Translations under genes and position numbers: made by a program
Part shown: piece by piece, positions 33,049-41,076 of the stretch
Layout of the letters: each line of letters starts with the position of its first letter
How positions within the stretch are numbered: the stretch's first letter is position 1
The notes under the pieces: generated by a model
What the model saw: the letters and a program-made list of their open reading frames with translations, nothing else
Told to the model about the DNA's origin: nothing
The model's database searches: none
Virus record (IMG/VR): IMGVR_UViG_3300044699_000026
Location: 1 to 55,215 of that record
Direction: 5' to 3' (one strand)
Length of the DNA stretch: 55,215 nt
Source of the DNA: a virus
Taxonomy: Duplodnaviria > Caudoviricetes

Positions 33049-33287
33049 CGGATCTTCCTTTCGCTGACCACCTCGCGGTGGACGGTCTTGACCCTGTCGG
33101 GCCGGATCGAGCGCGCACGCTCGTCGGCGGTGATGATGTCCCACCAGACCTTGCCGTCCGGCGTGGTGACCTCGCACAGGAAGCGAGCCCGACCACGGAT
33201 TCCCGTCACGCTCAACTCTGCCCCGCGCAGCACTCTCCGGCCGTGCAGTGTCGTCTCCTGGGTGTAGCTCATCAGGCTGACGGTCAT
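33045..33287 (-). CDS. hypothetical protein, actinophage-type
   Basis: GAELSVTGIRGRARF...WWD...RSIRPDRVKTVH; GAAGGGGAACC RBS. Confidence 0.7.
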   Translation of the reverse strand: MTVSLMSYTQETTLHGRRVLRGAELSVTGIRGRARFLCEVTTPDGKVWWDIITADERARSIRPDRVKTVHREVVSERKIR

Positions 33288-33321
33288 GTCCTGGTTCCCC
33301 TTCTGTCCGTCCTTGCTGTCC

Positions 33322-33352
33322 AGCTTACCACACGTTACCACATCGATGTCAA
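33322..33352 (-). promoter_or_regulatory. leftward promoter with direct-repeat operator in the spacer
   Basis: TTGACA-19 bp-TAAGCT with TGn extension; overlaps TTACCACACGTTACCAC (33325-33341). Confidence 0.7.
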
Positions 33353-33392
33353 GTAACACGGCGTTCCCCTCACCCCGCCTGCAGTGACTCAC

Positions 33393-33409
33393 TTACCACA
33401 CTTTGCCAC
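33393..33409. promoter_or_regulatory. 17-bp direct-repeat operator TTRCCACACNTTRCCAC
   Basis: TTACCACACTTTGCCAC abutting the RBS of the + strand gene at 33419. Confidence 0.65.
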
Positions 33410-33418
33410 GGAGGTGCC

Positions 33419-33691
33419 ATGGTCCAGACCGGCGGTAAGGCTCGGCATCCCATTGATACCGAGCGTTTACATCTCTACTGGACTGCCGGCCCCGGCCTGG
33501 CCAAGTGGGCAGGCTCACCGCACCCCTGGACCACGCTGCACCGGCTTCTGTCCAAGTACCTCAGCGGACATGAGCTCGACGCCACCACGAGCAAATGGCA
33601 CTTCGAGGTCTTCCACCAGCACACCGGATCGGATCTCTACCGTCTACAGCACGGCGGCAAGATCAGAGGCAAGAGGATCGGACCGGGATAG
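33419..33691 (+). CDS. stand-alone YWxxGxGLAKW domain protein
   Basis: LHLYWTAGPGLAKWAGSPHPWTTLHRLL; GGAGG RBS; lone + strand gene in a - strand region. Confidence 0.75.
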   Translation: MVQTGGKARHPIDTERLHLYWTAGPGLAKWAGSPHPWTTLHRLLSKYLSGHELDATTSKWHFEVFHQHTGSDLYRLQHGGKIRGKRIGPG

Positions 33692-33708
33692 GTAGGCGGA
33701 CGGCAGGT

Positions 33709-33972
33709 TCACGGGTTCACCACTTCACGATGGGTCACCTGTACGAACTGTCGCTCGCCGGCAGCGAGGTCGGCATAGGTGGTCACCTCGATCATCTCTC
33801 CGGTCGTTGCCGGACCATTCATGTAGAGCTCGACACGAAGATGACGCGGCTTGCCGAGCGCGGCCCAGTAGGTCGTGTCCATCTGCACGGCGTAGATCAC
33901 CTGACCGTGGCTGTCCTTGACGACGAACTGGACACCGGGCGCGACTGCCTCTTCCGACATCGTTGCGATCAT
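33709..33972 (-). CDS. hypothetical protein
   Basis: 87 aa with GAAGGGGAACC RBS. Confidence 0.6.
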   Translation of the reverse strand: MIATMSEEAVAPGVQFVVKDSHGQVIYAVQMDTTYWAALGKPRHLRVELYMNGPATTGEMIEVTTYADLAAGERQFVQVTHREVVNP

Positions 33973-33986
33973 CCTGGTTCCCCTTC

Positions 33987-34611
33987 CTACTGATGCCAGA
34001 CGGTGGACTGGTCGGCGGAATATCCGGCCGGCGGGTCCTCGGTGTAGAAGTAGGCGGCGATCGAGCGACGGGCTCGATGCGTCGCATGCGGATGTCCGTG
34101 CCAAGAGTGGTCGGAGGTCTCGAACACGACGGTCCGGTTGAACTCCGGCGCTACGTCGACCACCTTGCCGGCGCCGTTCCACAGCTCAAGATGACCGCCG
34201 TCGTCCTGCCAGTCCTGGTTCAGGTAGATGAGCAGGTTCAGCCGGCGGTACCGCTGGGTGTCCGGCGAGCGGGAGAAGTCGGTGTGGATGTTCAGGTAGC
34301 CGCCCGGCTCGATTAGGTGGTACCCACCGCCGACCGTCTCCATCGACAGGTTGCCGATACCGAAGACCTCTTCCAGGATCGGCCCGCGGGACTTGATCTC
34401 ATCGAACAGCACATGGGTGCCCGGACCCCACAGTGCGCGCGGTCCCTCCAGTTTGCGCTCGTTTCCGTCCGCGTAGGACCGCCACCCCGGAAGGGCGGGG
34501 TCGGGGAACTCGTCACGCACGACACGTAGGAGGTGCGGATTCCACCAGTCGTCCACTACGAAGTGCGGGAAACGGCTCGGGTGCTACCGCCGGTACCGTC
34601 AGCGCGGTCAT
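33987..34611 (-). CDS. 2OG-Fe(II) oxygenase (prolyl-4-hydroxylase-like); probable 1-nt indel near 34570
   Basis: EPFP.HFVVDDW, GGGYH...GGYLNIHTD (HxD), RRLNLLIYLN.DW...GGHLELW, P.FNR.VVF, SWHG (distal His), RRSIA (2OG-binding Arg). Confidence 0.9.
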
Positions 34612-34730
34612 GCTGCCCGTCCGTTGTCCCACTCGGTTCCGCATCGTTCACATCTGCCGCGTTGCGCGCGGTGTATGAAGGCGCCGCAGATAGGACACTG
34701 CGGTGTTGACGGATGCTGCCGTGCGGTCAC
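34608..34730 (-). CDS. micro zinc-ribbon protein (40 aa)
   Basis: CPICG...CERCG; overlapping stop/start with both neighbours. Confidence 0.6.
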   Translation of the reverse strand: MTARQHPSTPQCPICGAFIHRAQRGRCERCGTEWDNGRAA

Positions 34731-35401
34731 GAGTACTTCTCGCGTCGCTCGTTCCACAACTTCGCGTCGGCGTCGACACGTGACTCTCCGAGTCGGTAGA
34801 CGGCGTCGTCCTTGGCGAGGCTCCATGCCGGATGGAGATGCTCCACCAGCGAGACCCTCACCGATATGAACGTGCGCCGCTGCTTGGCCACAGTCACGAT
34901 CTCGTCGTCCACGTACCAGTGCCCGTACCCCTCGTGGGCGACGACACCGGGACCGTCCCAGGACGCGCCCCGCTCGTCCACGTAGGAGCGACGGACCAGC
35001 ATGTGGGTGGCGTGCTCGCCGGTCACCACACGGGAGTTGTGCATGTCGTTGGTGCCGATGACGTCGTAGCCGGCGCGTGTCGCGGCCTGTGCGTAGTCGA
35101 GCCAATCCCGATAGAACTTCACGTCGTCACCGGTAAGGAACAGCCAGGGCTCCTCGGTGTTCTCGTAGCCGAAGTTGACCTTCTCGGCGAATGTGCCCGC
35201 CCCGCCTCGATGTTGCGACGGGAAATTGAGGACCTCGGCGCCTGCGTCGGACCAGGCGTTGGCGGTGGCGTCGTCCTCCTCGTCGGCCACGGCGTAGACG
35301 GTGGCCGTCTCAGCCGCACCGGAGGAATCGAAGCTGTCCATGAACGGAGCCGCGTTATCCGGCCGGCCCAGGACCGGAACAATGACCGCTGTATTCTCCA
35401 T
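34727..35401 (-). CDS. glycosyltransferase, GT2/GT-A fold
   Basis: AVIVPVLGRP, FAEKVNFG, WLFLTGDD (DxD-like), HWYVDDE, VEHLHP. Confidence 0.88.
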   Translation of the reverse strand: MENTAVIVPVLGRPDNAAPFMDSFDSSGAAETATVYAVADEEDDATANAWSDAGAEVLNFPSQHRGGAGTFAEKVNFGYENTEEPWLFLTGDDVKFYRDWLDYAQAATRAGYDVIGTNDMHNSRVVTGEHATHMLVRRSYVDERGASWDGPGVVAHEGYGHWYVDDEIVTVAKQRRTFISVRVSLVEHLHPAWSLAKDDAVYRLGESRVDADAKLWNERREKYS

Positions 35402-35509
35402 GCGCTCCCCTTCTGAATGAGGTTCAGGTGGTCCGGGCTGTCACTGGTAGTTGACTTTGCCACCAGCGATCCTCCGTTGACCCGGACCACCCGGTGTACC
35501 ACGTTATCG

Positions 35510-37450
35510 TCAGTTTCCCTTCCAGACGTCCGGGTTGTGTTCCGCGCACCGAGCCCCGTTCACGGCGTCCACGGTCAACGCCGTCCGGCCGCAGATCGCG
35601 CACTCGGTGCTCGTCGTATCGATTTGCTGTGCCACCTTACCACGAGGTTCGCCTTCCTCACCGGCGCGGTCGGGGAACTTGATGACGTTGTCGGCCACAT
35701 CTCCGAAGACGTAGTGTCCCTGCCCTTGCGGATGCAGGCCCCACATGGTGTCCCTGGCGCCGCTGCCGCCAGGAGGGTTGATCTTGTAGAGGAAGCCGTC
35801 GCGGGCATTGCGCAGCGTGTGCTCCTTGAACCCCGCCTCGTTGCCCAGCTTTACGATCTCGGCCCAGCGCAGCAGCTTCGATGAGCTCGCCTCGATGATC
35901 TCGCGCAGGAAGGCACGCTCCTGCGAGCGGGCCATCGGGTCGTGCTTGAGCAAGCTGTCCGCGCTGTGCGGCACGGGAAGGGTCTCGAACTCGATGTGCG
36001 GAACGGCAGTGGGCGAGGCGGCGACCATCTTGTAGCCCAGCGTCGTCGCACGCGCCGTGAGGTTGTTCTTCGCCACCGCCAGGCAGTAGCGGTCCTCCAT
36101 CTCCTCGGCCTCGGGATGGCGGCCGGTCTGGAGCACTGACCGGGCCTGGCCTATGAAGCCGATCGAGCCACCGCCCTTGTGGATGGCTCGGCCACTGTCG
36201 GATTTCGTGAAGTGACGAACCGCGATCACCGTCAGGTCGTCCTCCTCGGCCATCGAGGACATCGGCCCGAGAATCATCCGGACGTGATGGTCGGAGTAGG
36301 AATTGACGTCCGTGCCGCCGAGATAGGCCATGATCGGATCGATCACCAGCACCGACGCTCCGTGTACTTGAAGGTCATTGCGCAACGTGGGCAGCTCCGA
36401 CAACGAGTAAGGCACCAGGCCATCCTTGGTCGGCACACCCTGCATGCGGATCACCCGACCGAGATCCGCGCCCGCCGCAATCAGACGTGGCACCACGACC
36501 GCGGGCCAATGGTCCTCCTCGGACAGCATCGCCACCGTCACCGGTTCGCCGCCGATCTCGTGACCCGGCAGCGGGCGGCCCGTGGTGAGGCGCCCGATCA
36601 GGTCGATGATCAAGGTCGATTTCCCGGTCCCCGGATCACCCTCCAGGAGGGTGAGCATCCCGACCGGAATCCTCCGGTCCCACAACCACTGGACCTTCTC
36701 CGGTCGGTAGTCCTTCGCCATCGTCGTCAGCCCCAACACTTCGCTCATCGGCTTCAGGTCACGCAGCGACCCACCGGCCTCGTACAGGTCCGTGACGTCC
36801 TTGCAGCCGGCCCTGCCCGGCTCCATCAAGGTGACCTTGTTCGCCGCACCCTCCAAGGCGTCACGGACCCGCTTGGCCAGCTTGCGGCCGGCCTTGTCGG
36901 CATCGGCGACGATGACCACGTCGAGGTCACGGAGCGCCTCGCCGTACTGCGGCAGCCACTCCTTCGCGGCACCCCCTTGTGCGGTGGTGGCCACAATGCC
37001 GTTGGCACGGAGGGTCTCCACGTCCCTCTCGCCCTCGACCAGGACGACCGGCCATCCGTTCTCGCGTGCCACAGCGATACCGGCCAGGTTGTAGAGCACC
37101 ATGGCCTCGGTCGGTGGCGCCTGGCGCCGACCGTCCGGCTGGCGGATGCGGAAGTCCTTCGGCTCCCATCGCTCGACCACGTAGCGCACGTCGCCGTCCG
37201 GGCCGTGGTAGGCGTATTCGGCCACGACGTGCGGCTCGCCGAACAGGGTCGACATCGGGATTTCCAGCGCGGCCAGGATGTCGTGGACAGAGCACCCGGC
37301 ATGGCAGTGCAGAAGCACCCTGCCGTCGCGGCCCTCACTGATACTGAGCGAGGGGCGGCTGTCGTCATGCGCGGGGCACAGCGCCATCCATCCGGTGCGT
37401 GAACGCTTGACTACCTGAACGCGCTCGGCGAACTCTTCCGCACGGCTCAC
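35510..37450 (-). CDS. DNA primase-helicase (Zn finger + TOPRIM + AAA/RecA-type helicase)
   Basis: CPAHDD.RPSL...HCHAGC; LVEGERDV, ADADKAG, KDVTD; Walker A GDPGTGKST; VIDP; GGSIGF. Confidence 0.93.
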   Translation of the reverse strand: MSRAEEFAERVQVVKRSRTGWMALCPAHDDSRPSLSISEGRDGRVLLHCHAGCSVHDILAALEIPMSTLFGEPHVVAEYAYHGPDGDVRYVVERWEPKDFRIRQPDGRRQAPPTEAMVLYNLAGIAVARENGWPVVLVEGERDVETLRANGIVATTAQGGAAKEWLPQYGEALRDLDVVIVADADKAGRKLAKRVRDALEGAANKVTLMEPGRAGCKDVTDLYEAGGSLRDLKPMSEVLGLTTMAKDYRPEKVQWLWDRRIPVGMLTLLEGDPGTGKSTLIIDLIGRLTTGRPLPGHEIGGEPVTVAMLSEEDHWPAVVVPRLIAAGADLGRVIRMQGVPTKDGLVPYSLSELPTLRNDLQVHGASVLVIDPIMAYLGGTDVNSYSDHHVRMILGPMSSMAEEDDLTVIAVRHFTKSDSGRAIHKGGGSIGFIGQARSVLQTGRHPEAEEMEDRYCLAVAKNNLTARATTLGYKMVAASPTAVPHIEFETLPVPHSADSLLKHDPMARSQERAFLREIIEASSSKLLRWAEIVKLGNEAGFKEHTLRNARDGFLYKINPPGGSGARDTMWGLHPQGQGHYVFGDVADNVIKFPDRAGEEGEPRGKVAQQIDTTSTECAICGRTALTVDAVNGARCAEHNPDVWKGN

Positions 37451-37621
37451 CCACCGACCCCTTCCCCGTAGCAGGGTTGACTTCGCTTACTGACGAGAGC
37501 GGGGCCGGAGGACCACGCACTAATCCTCCGGCCCCGCTGTCCTTACGTCCGGGCGGTCCCCTATGCCTCCGAGAGTGGATACACGACGGCAAGCCGCCCG
37601 GGCGTCAGGACGATTCCGGAC

Positions 37622-38167
37622 CTAGAACGGCGGTGCGTCGTTCAGCGGCGGTGCCGCGTAGCCCCCGGTCGGCGGAATAGCCGCCTGCTGGCCCTGAGCG
37701 GGCTGCTGGGTCAACGGATCGACCGGAGCGGCAGCAGGAGGCGGGGTAGTGGCCTGAGGGGCCACTCCGGGCCGCAGGGAGAACGTCCCGGCGCTACCCA
37801 GGAACGGGTCCGCGGCGATGGCGGCCTTGAACAGGTCGATCACGGACTGGTCGCCCGGCTGAGGCTCACCCAGGATGTAGCTGATGCCGTTGCCGCTGGG
37901 CTCCGGAGTGACCCGGCCGTAGTAGATCTGACCGTTGCCGGCGACCTGACCGAACTGACGGCCGAGCCGTGACGTGTTCACCGACTCGCCGAAGAACTTG
38001 CCCGCCTCGGGGCCGCTGAGCACCCACACGTCGAGCCAGACGGCGAAGGCCGGAGCCTCACCTTGGCGAGCGAACTCGCCGGTACGGAGAGCACGGAGTG
38101 CGATCAGCTCCTTGGTGTTGGCCGTAGGCCGGAAGCTGGCCATGCTCGGAGGTGCTGGGAGGGTCAT
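37622..38167 (-). CDS. ssDNA-binding-like protein
   Basis: Beta-rich N-terminus, Pro/Gln/Ala linker, terminal DAPPF; next to primase. Confidence 0.6.
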   Translation of the reverse strand: MTLPAPPSMASFRPTANTKELIALRALRTGEFARQGEAPAFAVWLDVWVLSGPEAGKFFGESVNTSRLGRQFGQVAGNGQIYYGRVTPEPSGNGISYILGEPQPGDQSVIDLFKAAIAADPFLGSAGTFSLRPGVAPQATTPPPAAAPVDPLTQQPAQGQQAAIPPTGGYAAPPLNDAPPF

Positions 38168-38436
38168 GCGTCTTCCCTTCTGTCGGTCTTTCCTTCTTGC
38201 TCGGCCGGGAGGAAGTCTCCCGTTATGGCGATCACGTCGCCACGCTTGAGTCGAGGGTTGCAGCCCTCGAAGTCGAAGATCAAGGTCGCCCCGATCAGTC
38301 CGTCCGGCAGATCAGGCATGCCGAAGGTGCCCCCATCGGCACCGAGCTGGACGACGTACCGGTCCGGACCCGATTCCTGGAAATGCGGATGCGACTCCTC
38401 GACGGCGAGGAAGACGGTGGCACTCCTACGGTTCAT
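38164..38436 (-). CDS. hypothetical protein
   Basis: 90 aa with GAAGGGG RBS. Confidence 0.55.
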   Translation of the reverse strand: MNRRSATVFLAVEESHPHFQESGPDRYVVQLGADGGTFGMPDLPDGLIGATLIFDFEGCNPRLKRGDVIAITGDFLPAEQEGKTDRREDA

Positions 38437-38549
38437 GCAGCTCCCCTTCATTACTGCGCCCCCCAGCCGAACAGCAGGCGAATGGTGAAACGGCTGGGGG
38501 GCCTGGTCAGCCTAGCCCTCCGTGAGCACGGTGGCCAGCGCTCCAGAGC

Positions 38550-38566
38550 TTGCCACACGTTGCCAC
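38550..38566 (-). promoter_or_regulatory. 17-bp direct-repeat operator / extended -10
   Basis: TTGCCACACGTTGCCAC in an intergenic gap; on the - strand reads TGTGG-CAAGCT. Confidence 0.65.
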
Positions 38567-38576
38567 TGATGGCAAC

Positions 38577-38807
38577 CTAAACGTTCGGCCCGACCGCGCT
38601 TCTCGACGGCTCCCACGTCTCGACCTCGGACGTGGTGCCGAGATCGGCGCGAAGGCCGTAGGACTTCGGGTTGGCGTAGATGCACGCCAGCGCCAGCTCG
38701 GCCTTACTGGTGTAGATAGACGGGCACTTGGCGTAGATGCCCTCGCCAGCCGGAGCGTCTGCCTTGGCCATGGCTTCGGCCAGCTTCAGTGCACGCGCGT
38801 CACCCAC
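38577..38807 (-). CDS. diverged member of the MTDDER/DPETYGY family
   Basis: DARALKLAEAM...AELALACIYANPKSYGL aligns by eye with DERTEKLARAM...AEFALAAID..PETYGY. Confidence 0.6.
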   Translation of the reverse strand: MGDARALKLAEAMAKADAPAGEGIYAKCPSIYTSKAELALACIYANPKSYGLRADLGTTSEVETWEPSRSAVGPNV

Positions 38808-38984
38808 TATCAGACCTTCCCTTCCAGGACCCTGGTTATGGTTTCTACCTCTTGGCGCCAGACGTCCACTCGGCGCTGCCACTTGTCAACCTCGCCTTGA
38901 TCCACAGGCCGCTTTTCCCTAGCCCGAGCGAGCCAATACTCGGCATTACCAAGCCGTTGGTTAGCGCCGTTATATGAACGCGGG

Positions 38985-39164
38985 TCATCCATAGTGCTTC
39001 TTCTCCATGTGCCGGTCGAGCGCCTCTTCGGCATGGGTCGTGTCCAGGAACGGCAGCGTCCGGTACCGGCAGACCTTGCACCGGCCGACCCAGCGCGGCC
39101 AGTTAGCCCACCAGCGCGTCCCATGTCGGTGCGACCACTCGATTCCGTCCTGCTCGACGGTCAT
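38985..39164 (-). CDS. small Zn-finger protein
   Basis: CKVC...HMEKKH. Confidence 0.55.
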   Translation of the reverse strand: MTVEQDGIEWSHRHGTRWWANWPRWVGRCKVCRYRTLPFLDTTHAEEALDRHMEKKHYG

Positions 39165-39916
39165 CGTCCTTGCACCTTCCCGGCGGCGCAGCCGCTCTCG
39201 GTCGTGGGGAAGCCCGGTCGGTACCACGGGCAGTACGGGCAGAGATGCCCGACGTCGTCGTGGATGGCGGCGGCCTCGGCCTCACCGCGGGCCACCAGTG
39301 ACAGGTTCTCGTAGCGGTCCAGCGCGGTGTTGGCCCGCTCGGAATCAGGCTGCACGACGAAGGCGCTCACGTCGGCCATGTCCTTCGCGCCCCTCGGGAT
39401 GAAGACCAGAGCGCAATCCTGGACATCCTCACCGGCCGCACGCAGACCCTCGACGTAGATCGAGATCTGAGTCAGGTAACCCTGTGGCAGCCCTTCCCGG
39501 CGATAGCGGCGCACTAGGTCGGAACGCTGGGTGGACTTCCAGTCGATGATCCTCTTCTTGTAGCGGTCGAACAGGTCGATCGAGCCGCGCACACCGCGGT
39601 AGGTCACCGGGAATTCGACCAGATAACGGCCACCGGGAAGCGTCCGGAAGTATTCGGCCATGTAGTAGTGGATGCCGTGGCCCTCGGTCGTCTTCATCGG
39701 GTCGGGCAGGTTCACCGGAGGCGTCCCGCGTAGCGCGTAGACCAGCTTGCGGTCACACGGATGACCGAGGTCGGACGGGCCGAGTTCACGCTGCACCGAG
39801 CGGGCATGGGACAGGCTCGCGGCCACCATGTGCTCACGCACCCACTCGGCCAGCACGATGTCGGCCATGCCGACCTCAGGGGGAGGCTGAGGCGGCGGCG
39901 GTGGTGGAAGAGTCAC
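39161..39916 (-). CDS. Cas4-like / PD-(D/E)XK exonuclease
   Basis: LGPSDLGHPCDRK, G.GIH, GSIDLFD...IIDWKS, Q...Y, C-terminal CPYCPW...C. Confidence 0.88.
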   Translation of the reverse strand: MTLPPPPPPQPPPEVGMADIVLAEWVREHMVAASLSHARSVQRELGPSDLGHPCDRKLVYALRGTPPVNLPDPMKTTEGHGIHYYMAEYFRTLPGGRYLVEFPVTYRGVRGSIDLFDRYKKRIIDWKSTQRSDLVRRYRREGLPQGYLTQISIYVEGLRAAGEDVQDCALVFIPRGAKDMADVSAFVVQPDSERANTALDRYENLSLVARGEAEAAAIHDDVGHLCPYCPWYRPGFPTTESGCAAGKVQGR

Positions 39917-40221
39917 AAGCCGACCCTTTCACAGACGTAGTCCAGCTTCTCTTCCAGTGAGGCAACCGGATCGAACCCGAGCGAGGCGAGTGCGACCAGC
40001 GTGGTCACCGCAATATCGGCCAGCTCGTGCCCGACATCCGAGAGCTCGGCAGTAACTCCTTTACGCGGGTTCTGGCCGACGTAGCCGATCCACGCGGCGG
40101 CAGCCTCACCGAACTCCTCACCGATCTTCAGAATGCGCAAGCCCTGTTCGGTCTCGTCGCAGCCGTTGTGCTCATCGAGATGCTGGACGATCTTCTTGAT
40201 CGCCAGCTCCATTGCGTTCAC
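39913..40221 (-). CDS. MazG-like nucleotide pyrophosphohydrolase
   Basis: LKIGEEFGEAAAA.IG..GQNPRKG...ELADIAVT. Confidence 0.82.
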   Translation of the reverse strand: MNAMELAIKKIVQHLDEHNGCDETEQGLRILKIGEEFGEAAAAWIGYVGQNPRKGVTAELSDVGHELADIAVTTLVALASLGFDPVASLEEKLDYVCERVGL

Positions 40222-40484
40222 GGGCTCACTGCCAGGAGCGCCTTGTCGAACTTGTCGAGCACCATGTCCAGCGTCGTCTTTGTGAAGACCGGCCAACCAC
40301 CGAGATCGGCCGGGGCGAAGATGGCCTGGTTGAAGTCCTTGCGGCGGGCATCCCGCGTGAGGCTGTCCACCGTCAGTCGTCGCTCGAACTCGGCGCGCAA
40401 TGCTTCGTAGAACTCGTCGCGTTGCTGTTCCTCGCTGGCCGTGACCGCTGGTGTCTTGAGGTAGTTGATGATCACGGTGACCAT
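40218..40484 (-). CDS. hypothetical protein
   Basis: 88 aa; N-terminal motif shared with 42294-42539. Confidence 0.65.
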   Translation of the reverse strand: MVTVIINYLKTPAVTASEEQQRDEFYEALRAEFERRLTVDSLTRDARRKDFNQAIFAPADLGGWPVFTKTTLDMVLDKFDKALLAVSP

Positions 40485-40768
40485 CCACGAATGAAATCAG
40501 CCGCGTGCAGGATAGCGTCGCCGTACACACCGTTTGCCTGTTCGCCGACGCGCTGGCGATACTCAACTTGCCGTAGCGGTGCATTGGCCAGTGCGTCGGC
40601 TATCTGGTTCTTGACGTAGTCAGCGACCAGCGGGGCAACCTTCTCCACGGCAACCTTGGTCTCCTCGTACACCGTCGTGTAGTCGGGGTCGATGTAGAGA
40701 AGTGTCTGCACGGCCTTCCAGGCGATGGCCACCCATTCGTCAACCACCCGGTAGGGAATGTCGGTCAT
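40472..40768 (-). CDS. hypothetical protein
   Basis: 98 aa coupled ORF. Confidence 0.6.
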   Translation of the reverse strand: MTDIPYRVVDEWVAIAWKAVQTLLYIDPDYTTVYEETKVAVEKVAPLVADYVKNQIADALANAPLRQVEYRQRVGEQANGVYGDAILHAADFIRGWSP

Positions 40769-41076
40769 GGCTTTGCCACAACCACGCTCACCCGGTGCCC
40801 GCCGGCCGTGAGCTGGAGCGAGGCGGCGTAGATGTCCGGCCAGGTCTTACGCAGCCACTGGCTGTTCACACGTTCCGAGCCGTTGCTCCAGGAGTGGCGC
40901 AGCAACGGCTGACCGCCGACCGTGATCACGTCGCCGTCCTTGATCAAGGGGATGAGCTGCTCGCGAAGTTCCTCCTTGCGTGCGTTCAGCTCATCAAGGT
41001 CGGCGCACACCTGGACGTAGTCGTAAACCAGCTGTGCGTGGTCATCGAGCGGAAGCTCGACAGGGTCCCTGGTCAT
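40765..41076 (-). CDS. hypothetical protein, actinophage recombination-region family
   Basis: Coiled coil then VNSQWLRKTWPDIYA motif. Confidence 0.65.
   Translation of the reverse strand: MTRDPVELPLDDHAQLVYDYVQVCADLDELNARKEELREQLIPLIKDGDVITVGGQPLLRHSWSNGSERVNSQWLRKTWPDIYAASLQLTAGGHRVSVVVAKP

Noticed and set aside
35629-35643. Sixth copy of the direct-repeat operator (GTGCCACCTTACCAC)
   Set aside because: Wrong spacing and inside the primase-helicase coding region
39161-39916. Cas4-like gene as part of a CRISPR-Cas system
   Set aside because: No array or other cas genes seen; solo Cas4-like exonucleases are common in actinophage replication modules
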